This document shows, piece after piece, positions 1 to 8,179 of a DNA stretch of 14,008 nucleotides. The stretch comes from Leptospirales bacterium. GTDB taxonomy: Bacteria > Spirochaetota > Leptospiria > Turneriellales > JAOUFE01. Location of the stretch: contig JBEQLE010000091.1 of the NCBI GenBank assembly GCA_040326155.1, positions 1 to 14,008 of the forward strand. Direction: 5' to 3'. The translations under genes and the position numbers were made by a program. The stretch's first letter is position 1; each line of letters begins with the position of its first letter. The notes beneath the pieces are model-generated. The model did no database searches and was not told the DNA's origin. It saw only the letters and a list, made by a program, of their open reading frames with translations.

Positions 1-50
1 ACTTTTGTCCCGCAATATTAGAATATTCAAAATAACTTTAGGATAGGATT

Positions 51-761
51 ATGCAAGAATTTATTAAAAAGCACAAAGAAAATTTAGAAGGAAAAACCCC
101 ACTGGAAATCATCCAGACAGTCTCCAGCGAATTTCCAAAAGACTCGGTATTTTCCTCCTCTCTCGGACTAGAAGACCAGGTAATCAGTGACATTATTTTA
201 ACCAATAATTTACCGGTTGAAATCTTCACTCTGGATACAGGGCGTCATTTTGCCCAGACATACCAGGTTCATGAACGAGTAAATGATAAATATAAAACTC
301 GTATTAAAACCTACTATCCCGATACCTCCGAAATCGAAAAATTTGTAAATACAAACGGACCTGACGCTTTTTACCTCTCCCCGGAACTTCGTAAGCAGTG
401 CTGCCATATTCGTAAAGTACAACCTCTGGAGCGGGCTTTAAAAGGCAAAAAAGTCTGGTTCACCGGTATTCGCAGGGAACAATCGGAAGATAGAGCTTCG
501 ACGCCGGTAATTGAGTTTGACCAGGACCATGACCTTATAAAAGTACACCCCTTGGTACATTGGAAAATTGACGAAGTCTGGGACCATGTAAAAAAGAACA
601 ATGTTCCTTACAACGCCCTTCATAACAAAGGTTTTATAAGCATCGGATGCGCACCATGTACTCGCGCTATTGCCGAAGGCGAAGATTCTCGCACCGGCCG
701 CTGGTGGTGGGAAAGCGGTGACTTAAAAGAGTGCGGCTTACACGTTCCACACAAAGCATAA
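51..761 (+). CDS. cysH: Adenylyl-sulfate/phosphoadenylyl-sulfate reductase (CysH), [4Fe-4S] APS-reductase type
   Basis: 236 aa ORF with SSLGLEDQV, FTLDTGRHF, CC pair (KQCCHIRKV, nt 399-404), TGIRREQS, SIGCAPCT (CxxC, nt 648-659), GRWWWE and C-terminal KECGLH catalytic motif. AGGA SD-like sequence at 40-43. First gene of the cys cluster in the window. Confidence 0.95.
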   Translation: MQEFIKKHKENLEGKTPLEIIQTVSSEFPKDSVFSSSLGLEDQVISDIILTNNLPVEIFTLDTGRHFAQTYQVHERVNDKYKTRIKTYYPDTSEIEKFVNTNGPDAFYLSPELRKQCCHIRKVQPLERALKGKKVWFTGIRREQSEDRASTPVIEFDQDHDLIKVHPLVHWKIDEVWDHVKKNNVPYNALHNKGFISIGCAPCTRAIAEGEDSRTGRWWWESGDLKECGLHVPHKA

Positions 762-780
762 TATAAGAAAGGAAGTAATA

Positions 781-2547
781 ATGTCAGCAATTTATTTTGA
801 AAAAGACGATACTGTTAAAAAAGAGATCGAAGAATTTTCTGGAAAAATCGAAGCCTTTAAAAATGGTTCCTTAGACGGAGATGAGTTTAAACACCGTCGC
901 CTGATGCAGGGAATTTACGGCCAACGCCAACCGGAAAAATTTATGGTTCGAATTAAAATTCCTGCCGGGCACCTTACCTCAGAAATGGTCGAAGGACTTT
1001 CAGAGACCGCCGATGCGTTTGCCGATGGGAATGTTCATATAACGACCCGTCAAGATGTGCAACTCTACTATGTGAATTTGGATAGTCTGATTCCTCTTTT
1101 AGATAAAATCGCCGACTTCGGGATTACCACAAGAGAAGCGAGCGGGGCTACATTGCGAAATGTTATTACCTCGGCTTATGCCGGTTCCCTGAGAGAACAA
1201 AACTTTAACATTCTACCGTTTGTGGAAACAGTTGTCCGATACTTTCTGAGACATCCAGAAACCCAGCACCTTCCTCGTAAATTCAAAGTCTCTTTCAGCG
1301 AAAACGAAGATGACCTTGGTGTAACCAGTATAAATGACATGGGTCTTATTGCCCGCATTGTCGACGGAAAACCCGGTTTTAAAATTATGCTGGGCGGCTC
1401 CCTCGGGTCGACCCCGATATTTTCCAGGGTGTATAAAGAATTTATACCAGCGAAAGATCTACTACTCGAAATGCTTTCTATTTTACGCGCATTTGATCGC
1501 CATGGCAATCGGGCAAAAAGAGCCGAAGCCAGGTTAAAATTCCAATTTGAAAAAATGGGTTACGATAAATTTATCGAACTGGCTGAAAAAGAGAAGGCTG
1601 GAATTCTGGAAGAGAAAGTTGAATTTCCCGAGATCGTAGTCGATATTCCTCCTGTCGCAGATTTTGATTTTTCGAACCCCTTTGACAAAAGTATTCAACT
1701 CGACCGGCATGTCTGGTTTAATAGCAACGTGAAAGCTACCATACGAAAAGACGAGTACATGGTGATTGTTCAAGTTCCCAACGGTGACATAAAAACCGAT
1801 GTCTTTCTCGCTCTTTCTAAAGCTCATAAAGAGTGGAATGACGCCGGCGCTACCGAGTTTATTACCCTCGTAGATAACCAGAACTTGATTTTAAAAGGTC
1901 TTGTAACAACGCCCGAAAAAAAGAAAGAATTTTTTGGCAATGTTTTTAAAACTCTAAAATTACTTGGCCTGGGGAAACCGGGTTTTCATAATATTGCAGA
2001 TGCAATAACCTGCCTGGGTTCGGCCACTTGCGCTTCAGGAATAACCCACTCCCCCGGGTTGGCCACAACGCTTTCTGAAAAAATGCGAAATACCTGGTTT
2101 GAAGACGAAAGGTTCCAGGGTTCCACGATTCATATTTCAGGTTGCTCCAATGCGTGTGCCAGACATCAGGTAGCCACTCTAGGTTTTTCAGGTAGAGCTG
2201 ATAAAACTTTTGAAGATGGTAAAGAAGCACCGGCATATAATCTTTTTTATGGCGGAGATCTCTTGCCCGATGGGAAGGCTCGACTTGGCCGCAAAGTCAG
2301 TGAAAAGTTGTTGGCAAAAAGAATTCCATCTTTCATAGAGGCCCTTGTGAATTATTTTAAAGAAAAGGCTGGCCCGGAAACCAGTTTTATAAACTTTATT
2401 GCCGAAATAGACGAGAATGAAATGAATAATCTCGTTAGTAAATTCAGTGTAAAAGCCACACCTGTAGAGTCAGACGAAATGTTACACTATGACTGGGGAA
2501 AAGATAAACCCTATGTCATGGAATATGGCGAAGGTGAATGTAGTTAA
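781..2547 (+). CDS. Siroheme/[4Fe-4S] sulfite reductase of the nitrite/sulfite reductase family (CysI/Sir-like, probably ferredoxin-dependent)
   Basis: 588 aa with GIYGQRQ, FMVRIKIPAG, HITTRQDVQ, LPRKFK (the second Lys is typical of sulfite rather than nitrite reductases), and cofactor ligands CLGSATC (nt 2011-2031) and SGCSNAC. Lies between cysH and cysD. AGGAAG at 770-775. Confidence 0.92.
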   Translation: MSAIYFEKDDTVKKEIEEFSGKIEAFKNGSLDGDEFKHRRLMQGIYGQRQPEKFMVRIKIPAGHLTSEMVEGLSETADAFADGNVHITTRQDVQLYYVNLDSLIPLLDKIADFGITTREASGATLRNVITSAYAGSLREQNFNILPFVETVVRYFLRHPETQHLPRKFKVSFSENEDDLGVTSINDMGLIARIVDGKPGFKIMLGGSLGSTPIFSRVYKEFIPAKDLLLEMLSILRAFDRHGNRAKRAEARLKFQFEKMGYDKFIELAEKEKAGILEEKVEFPEIVVDIPPVADFDFSNPFDKSIQLDRHVWFNSNVKATIRKDEYMVIVQVPNGDIKTDVFLALSKAHKEWNDAGATEFITLVDNQNLILKGLVTTPEKKKEFFGNVFKTLKLLGLGKPGFHNIADAITCLGSATCASGITHSPGLATTLSEKMRNTWFEDERFQGSTIHISGCSNACARHQVATLGFSGRADKTFEDGKEAPAYNLFYGGDLLPDGKARLGRKVSEKLLAKRIPSFIEALVNYFKEKAGPETSFINFIAEIDENEMNNLVSKFSVKATPVESDEMLHYDWGKDKPYVMEYGEGECS

Positions 2548-2562
2548 ATCAGGAGTCTATTG

Positions 2563-3441
2563 ATGAATCACTTAAAAGAGTTAGAAAGTATTTCAGTCCA
2601 TATATTACGCGAAGCGTATGAGAATTTTAAAGACCTGGGTATGCTTTGGTCTATTGGAAAAGACAGTACGGTCATGTTGTGGCTTGCCAGAAAGGCATTT
2701 TTCGGCCACGTCCCTTTTCCTTTAGTCCATGTTGACACCGCTTACAAAATTCCAGAAATGATTGAATACCGGGACGAGTTTACTAAAAAGTGGCATCTGA
2801 ATATGATTGTCGGACAGAATAAAGAAGCCCTTGAAAAGAAACTGACCTTTCCCGATGGAAATGTGGATAGAACAACTTGCTGCCGTCATTTAAAAACACA
2901 GGGGTTAAAAGATACCTTAAACGGAACCGGCGAAAGAGTGCGTTTTAACCACGAAGCGGGCCAATACGAACCCGACCAAAACCGAACGCCGTTTACAGCC
3001 GTTGTTGTAGGCGTCCGCGCTGATGAGGAAGGTTCTCGATCGAAAGAGAGATATTTTTCACCTCGTGACACTGAAAGTGAATGGGATGTAGGGGCGCAAC
3101 CGCCCGAATTCTGGAATCAGTATAAAACTGATTTTGCTCCCGGAACCCACTTGCGCATTCACCCCTTGCTGGATTGGACAGAACTGAACATCTGGGAATA
3201 TATTAAGCAAGAGAGCATACCGACTGTGTCGCTTTATTATGACCAGGGCGAAGGAAAACGTTACCGTTCTCTGGGTTGCTACCCTTGCACAACCCCGGTA
3301 GAGTCCAAATCAACAAACGTAGACGAAATTATAGAAGAGTTAAAATCTGGGAAGTTTACCAATATTGCTGAACGCGCAGGCAGAGAGCAAGATAAAGAAG
3401 ACGGCGGGCTCGAAACGCTACGCCGTGAAGGGTACATGTAG
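2563..3441 (+). CDS. cysD: Sulfate adenylyltransferase subunit 2 (CysD)
   Basis: Motifs [15 protein letters not shown]-loop [64 protein letters not shown] and terminal REGYM. ATG at 2563 is preferred over TTG at 2560 because AGGAG (2551-2555) is 7 nt upstream of it. Confidence 0.95.
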   Translation: MNHLKELESISVHILREAYENFKDLGMLWSIGKDSTVMLWLARKAFFGHVPFPLVHVDTAYKIPEMIEYRDEFTKKWHLNMIVGQNKEALEKKLTFPDGNVDRTTCCRHLKTQGLKDTLNGTGERVRFNHEAGQYEPDQNRTPFTAVVVGVRADEEGSRSKERYFSPRDTESEWDVGAQPPEFWNQYKTDFAPGTHLRIHPLLDWTELNIWEYIKQESIPTVSLYYDQGEGKRYRSLGCYPCTTPVESKSTNVDEIIEELKSGKFTNIAERAGREQDKEDGGLETLRREGYM

Positions 3442-3453
3442 GACGAGGAACTT

Positions 3454-5241
3454 ATGAAAGAAAAAATGAACATAGTAATCGTCGGTCACGTCGATCACGG
3501 TAAAAGCACAATTATTGGAAGGCTGTTGGCCGATACCGGCTCCCTGCCCGAAGGTAAACTGGAGTCCGTAAAAGAGAATTGCGCTCGAAATTCAAAACCA
3601 TTTGAGTATGCTTTTTTACTGGATGCCTTGAAAGAAGAGCAGTCACAGGGAATTACAATAGACGCGGCTCGTGTATTTTTTCAAACCGAAAAAAGAAACT
3701 ATATTATTCTCGATGCTCCCGGCCATATTGAATTTCTACGAAACATGATTACCGGCGCGGCTAAAGCAGAGGCGGCCCTACTGGTCATTGATGCCCATGA
3801 AGGGGTTCAAGAGAACTCACGGCGGCATGGCTACATGTTGTCTATGCTCGGTATAAACCAGATCGTGGTTTTAATTAATAAAATGGATCTGGTCAAATAT
3901 GACCAGAAAGTGTATGATAATCTTGTTCAAGAGTACGGCGAATTCTTGAAAAGTATTAATGTCGAACCACAGGCGTATGTTCCCGTCAGCGGCATGCAGG
4001 GTGATAATATCTATAACAAAATGGATAATATGCCCTGGTACACTGGAGCCAATGTTCTGGAAGTTCTCGATAATTTTTCTAAAAAGAAACCTCTGGACAA
4101 TCAACCCTTTCGTATGCCCGTCCAGGGAGTATATAAATTCACCGGAATGGGCGACAACCGTCGTATCGTTGCCGGAACAGTGGACAGCGGGACGGTTACC
4201 GTTGGCGACGAACTTATTTTTTATCCAAGCGGTAAAAAAAGCAGAGTCAAATCCATAGAAGCTTTTAACGAAGACGCTGGAAACTCTGCAAGCGCAGGAA
4301 TGGCCACCGGTTTTACTCTCGAAGAGCAGGTTTATATTTCACGAGGGGAAATTGCGGCGAAAATATCGGAGTCCATACCCAAAGTTACCACCCGGGCTCT
4401 GGTCAGTCTTTTCTGGCTTGGCAGTAAACCGATGGTAAAAAATAAAGATTATATTCTGAAAATCGGCACTTCTCGCACAACCGTTGTTGTGGAAGAAATT
4501 AAAGCGGTGATCGATGCCTCTACTCTGGAAAGCGGAGCAAAAGAGAATATTGAAAGACACGATGTCGCTGAAGTTATTCTAAAAATGAAAAAACCGGCAG
4601 CTTTCGACCTGGTTGAAGAAATTGCAGCTACCGGACGATTTGTAATTGTCGATAATTACGAAATTTCCGGCGGGGGAATTATTCGCGAGAGTCTGCCCGA
4701 CAAACAGACCTGGGCCAGAGATATTGTTATACAAAGAAATTTCGAATGGGAAAAGTCCAGAATTACATGTACCCAGCGAGCAGAAAAGTACAACCAAAAA
4801 GCAGCCCTGCTCTTAATTACCGGACCTGAAAATCCAAATAAGAAAGTTCTGGCGAAAGCGGTGGAAGAAAAACTGTTTAGTGATGGAAAATTTGTATATT
4901 ACCTTGGTTTTGAGAGTCTTTTATTCGGTCTTGACGCTGATGTGCAAGACACTGAAAATGCCAGAAGAGAACATCTACGTCGTCTCGGAGAGACAGCTCA
5001 TATTTTACTCGACTCGGGTTTAATTCTAGTTATTACCGTAGACCAGTTTAACGCAGACGATCTGGCTCTCATTAGCACGATGGTGAATCCTGACTTTATT
5101 GAAACCATCTGGTATGGCAATGACCCGACAGAAGACCACCCCTTTGATATACATATTACCTCGGAAGAAAAAATCGAAAACAGTGTGTATCGTATTAAAG
5201 AAACTATTCAAAGACGGGGAATTATTTATAGCCCCTGGTGA
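3454..5241 (+). CDS. cysN: Sulfate adenylyltransferase subunit 1 (CysN GTPase) fused to a degenerate CysC/APS-kinase-like C-terminal domain
   Basis: EF-Tu-like G domain: [31 protein letters not shown], followed by beta-barrel domains and TGRFVIVD. The C-terminal ~145 aa resemble APS kinase ([21 protein letters not shown]) with a broken P-loop. GAGGA SD at 3445-3449. Directly downstream of cysD. Confidence 0.93.
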   Translation: MKEKMNIVIVGHVDHGKSTIIGRLLADTGSLPEGKLESVKENCARNSKPFEYAFLLDALKEEQSQGITIDAARVFFQTEKRNYIILDAPGHIEFLRNMITGAAKAEAALLVIDAHEGVQENSRRHGYMLSMLGINQIVVLINKMDLVKYDQKVYDNLVQEYGEFLKSINVEPQAYVPVSGMQGDNIYNKMDNMPWYTGANVLEVLDNFSKKKPLDNQPFRMPVQGVYKFTGMGDNRRIVAGTVDSGTVTVGDELIFYPSGKKSRVKSIEAFNEDAGNSASAGMATGFTLEEQVYISRGEIAAKISESIPKVTTRALVSLFWLGSKPMVKNKDYILKIGTSRTTVVVEEIKAVIDASTLESGAKENIERHDVAEVILKMKKPAAFDLVEEIAATGRFVIVDNYEISGGGIIRESLPDKQTWARDIVIQRNFEWEKSRITCTQRAEKYNQKAALLLITGPENPNKKVLAKAVEEKLFSDGKFVYYLGFESLLFGLDADVQDTENARREHLRRLGETAHILLDSGLILVITVDQFNADDLALISTMVNPDFIETIWYGNDPTEDHPFDIHITSEEKIENSVYRIKETIQRRGIIYSPW

Positions 5242-5272
5242 TCAAAGCCTTTAGCCCGTCGATAAAATTCAG

Positions 5273-7210
5273 TTACGCCATTCGTTCCAGAATTTTATCG
5301 GCAAGGGCTTCGTTTATACCCGAAATTTTCAGCAACTTTCCTTTCAACTCATCTGTATTCCCGGTTTCACTGCGCTCTTCTAACCCCGATAAAAGCTGCA
5401 TAACTTTCGATCTTTTTTTCGGGCCAATACCTTCAATATCGTCTAAAAACGAGGTCAGGTTTCTTTTCATTCTTAACAAACGGTGGTAAGTGACCGCAAA
5501 CCGGTGAACCTCGTCCCGTGCCATTCGAAGAATCAACATACCGGGACTGTTTTTATCCATTTGAAATATTTCGCCCCAATCGGTATACACTTCCTCTTCC
5601 CTTTTTGCCAGGGAAACAATCGGTATCGTCAACGAGACTTCATCCCGAGCTTTTTTGGCGGCGTTTAACTGGGTAATTCCACCATCAATGACCACCAGGT
5701 CAGGCATATCCTTTTTGTTTGTTTTCAAATGTTTCATTCTGCGAGAAAGCATTTCATACATCATGGCGGGGTCGTCTGGAGTATCTTTCGTTTTAATTTT
5801 ATAACGCCGGTATCCTGGTTTATGCAAGATTCCATCTTTTACCGTAACTCCTGCTCCCACCGCTTCTTTCCCCTGGATGTTTGAAATATCGTAACATTCG
5901 ATCAGTTGCGGTAACCTTGGTAAATCCAGGAATTTTTGAATCTGACGTAAACCAAACCTCTGGTTTCGCATTTTCTCTGACAAGATTCTTTCTCGCAAAG
6001 TCAGTTTTGCATTATTCTGGGCCATTTTAATAAGCGAACTAAACGTTTTAAACTCTTCACCTTTAAGTAAATCCACAATCGTCACCGGCTTCGAACTCTG
6101 CTTTTGTAAAGCCTCTTCCCACCCCTCTCTATTTTTCAAGGGCTGTGCAATTACAATCTTAACGGGTATATCGGGCAAACGCAGATAATATTCCCTTAAA
6201 AAAGCTTCCATATACTCTTTCGCCAGCTCGTCACCTTCGGCTTCCGAACCCGATTCCGTCATTGCGTAAGTTGTTTTATTCACCACATTTCCATTTCTCA
6301 CTCGCAACAAAACAATCTGGCCAAGCGTATGGTCCTTATCACTTGAAATGTATTGCAAATAAGAAGACTCGATATCAAGTTCCTCGTTCAATTTACTTTG
6401 CAATGTACAATAAGCCCCTACAATATCATAATTCAAATCAGGGTCATCAGCATGCACACTTTGTCCTGCGTATAAAGTTTGTATGTCACTTAGAATATCT
6501 CGTTGTCTGGCAGCTTTTTCAAACTCAAGTTTTTTAGAATACAGGCTCATTTGACCGGAAATATTATCCTGCAATTCACTGCTCTTTCCCATTAGAAAAT
6601 CACGTATCTGATTCACCATTTCCATGTATTCCGCCTCATCGGCCTTGCCAGAACAAGGGGAAAGACACCTTCCAATATGGTAGTTTAAACAGGGTTTTCC
6701 CGGATTTTTCAGTGGCAGCTTCAAGGCCCGCTTGCGAATTGGAAATATCTGATGTAAAAGAGCCATGGTGGAACGCGCCGCTCCCGCATCCGAATACGGA
6801 CCAAAATACATATGCCGAGAGTTGGTTTTTCTTCGCGTTAAAATCAAGCGCGGGTAAGTCTCCCCCGTCGTTAAACACAAGTAGGGATAACTTTTATCAT
6901 CTTTTAAACGGATATTATACGGAGGTGAATGTTTTTTAATTAAATTATTTTCAAGAAGCAGAGCCTCAACTTCATTATGGGTTACAATCCAGTCAAGATC
7001 GGTAACTTTGAGCATTAAGAAATTCGTTTTATAGTCATCGCTGTTCAAATACTGTCGCATTCGATTTCGCAAAGCAATAGCCTTACCGACATATAAAATA
7101 CGTGGTTCTTTATCTTCGGGATGTTGTTTTCCTATCCAGAGATAGCAACCCGGTTCATTCGGGCTAGCCGTGACTTTCTCTTTTAAGTATTCGGTTGTAT
7201 CCGGCTTCAT
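5273..7210 (-). CDS. uvrC: Excinuclease ABC subunit C (UvrC)
   Basis: 645 aa with GIY-YIG domain (PGCYLW...YVGKA..LRNR, EALLLENNLIK, PPYNIRLKDDKSYPY), Cys cluster (CLNYHIGRCLSPC), UVR domain (LEFEKAARQRD), RNase H-like nuclease (ECYDISN, DLVVIDGG, SLAKREEE, RDEVHRFA) and tandem HhH motifs (IEGIGPKK, ISGIN). Confidence 0.97.
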   Translation of the reverse strand: MKPDTTEYLKEKVTASPNEPGCYLWIGKQHPEDKEPRILYVGKAIALRNRMRQYLNSDDYKTNFLMLKVTDLDWIVTHNEVEALLLENNLIKKHSPPYNIRLKDDKSYPYLCLTTGETYPRLILTRRKTNSRHMYFGPYSDAGAARSTMALLHQIFPIRKRALKLPLKNPGKPCLNYHIGRCLSPCSGKADEAEYMEMVNQIRDFLMGKSSELQDNISGQMSLYSKKLEFEKAARQRDILSDIQTLYAGQSVHADDPDLNYDIVGAYCTLQSKLNEELDIESSYLQYISSDKDHTLGQIVLLRVRNGNVVNKTTYAMTESGSEAEGDELAKEYMEAFLREYYLRLPDIPVKIVIAQPLKNREGWEEALQKQSSKPVTIVDLLKGEEFKTFSSLIKMAQNNAKLTLRERILSEKMRNQRFGLRQIQKFLDLPRLPQLIECYDISNIQGKEAVGAGVTVKDGILHKPGYRRYKIKTKDTPDDPAMMYEMLSRRMKHLKTNKKDMPDLVVIDGGITQLNAAKKARDEVSLTIPIVSLAKREEEVYTDWGEIFQMDKNSPGMLILRMARDEVHRFAVTYHRLLRMKRNLTSFLDDIEGIGPKKRSKVMQLLSGLEERSETGNTDELKGKLLKISGINEALADKILERMA

Positions 7211-7213
7211 TTA

Positions 7214-8179
7214 TTAGTATAAGTTAAAAAACCGTTCGGGAAGCGGCAATGAAAAATCCATCTTTTCGTTTGTCTCCGGGTGTATAAAAACCAATCGGGA
7301 GGCTGCCAGCAACATGCCCCGACTTTGCAGGTTTTCAATCTGAGCATCTTTGAAACCCGCTTTTTTTAAGCGACGCGTAAATCTAGAATAAACCTCATCT
7401 CCAACCACCGGAAACCCAAGTGCAGTAAATGTCGCTCGAATCTGGTGAGTACGTCCGGTGTGTAGATCGATTTCAACCTTTGAAAAATACTTCGTTTGTT
7501 CCAAAGTACGATAACTCATAGAGGCCTCTTTAAACAAAGGTCGATCAGGCTCTTTTGTAAAAACCATCTGTTTTCTTGAAACCGGGTTTCGCCCTATATA
7601 CCCATTTTCTATCCCTTCTGGAGGTGTCTGCCCCCAGACCCAGGCAGTATACTTTTTTTGTATTTCTCGTTTTTGAAAAAGTTCAGCCAGGTTTCGGTGA
7701 GCATTATTTGTTTTCGCGATGACCATTATGCCTTCGGTCTCCCGATCCAGACGATGAACAATACCAGGTCGTTCTGGCTCACTTCCGTCTGAAAGGTTTT
7801 CGATCTGGTTTATTAAAGAGTGAATAAGCGTATCATTGCCAGTACCTGCGCCAGGATGTACTGTCATATTTGCTGGTTTATGAATAATGGCAAGGTATTC
7901 GTCTTGAAACAAAACCGGTACCACAGTATCGTTTCCGGTAAGGTCATAACTGGTCTCTTCTTCATAGTGAATTTCAACTTCTACGGAATTATCAGATTTA
8001 AAAGAAGACTTACGTACGGCTTTCCCGTCAACAAAAACAGATCCGTTTTTAATCAGCTGCTGTATTTTACTTCGTGAGAACTCAACGGAGTGAATATCGG
8101 CCAGAAATAGATCCAGTCGAACACCAGGGTCGAGAGTAGATTTTTTTATTAGCAGAAGTACCGCCGGTTTATTCTTCGT
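7214..8179 (-). CDS. rluD: RluA/RluD-family 23S rRNA pseudouridine synthase with N-terminal S4 domain; start uncertain (the ORF track starts at GTG 7924, but the frame is open to 8179)
   Basis: Catalytic motifs HKPANMTVHPG, GIVHRLDRETEG and TGRTHQIR. Manual translation upstream of 7924 in the same frame gives an S4 motif (VRLDLFLADIHSVEFSRSKIQQLIKNGSVFVDGK) with no stop until TAA at 8180-8182. The lspA-rluD order is a common arrangement. Confidence 0.88.
   Translation of the reverse strand, partial: TKNKPAVLLLIKKSTLDPGVRLDLFLADIHSVEFSRSKIQQLIKNGSVFVDGKAVRKSSFKSDNSVEVEIHYEEETSYDLTGNDTVVPVLFQDEYLAIIHKPANMTVHPGAGTGNDTLIHSLINQIENLSDGSEPERPGIVHRLDRETEGIMVIAKTNNAHRNLAELFQKREIQKKYTAWVWGQTPPEGIENGYIGRNPVSRKQMVFTKEPDRPLFKEASMSYRTLEQTKYFSKVEIDLHTGRTHQIRATFTALGFPVVGDEVYSRFTRRLKKAGFKDAQIENLQSRGMLLAASRLVFIHPETNEKMDFSLPLPERFFNLY

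Noticed and set aside
5..33. AATATT-AG-AATATT repeat and a weak TTGTCC-17-CAAAAT promoter upstream of cysH
   Set aside because: The sequence is low-complexity AT-rich DNA at the window edge with a poor consensus match. Upstream context is missing.
5239..5265. Selenocysteine read-through of the cysN TGA
   Set aside because: Only seven more codons follow before a TAA. No SECIS-like hairpin is visible and there is no expected Cys position here.
5238..5489. 83-aa + strand ORF whose GTG overlaps the cysN stop (GTGA), suggesting a fifth operon gene
   Set aside because: It lies almost entirely antisense to the conserved HhH region of uvrC. Its Ser/Phe-rich composition is typical of a shadow ORF and it has no recognisable motif.
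8141..8147. A7 homopolymer (minus strand) as a frameshift or sequencing error explaining the missing rluD start
   Set aside because: No ATG/GTG/TTG exists in any frame between the lspA stop and the run, so an indel here would not supply a start codon.
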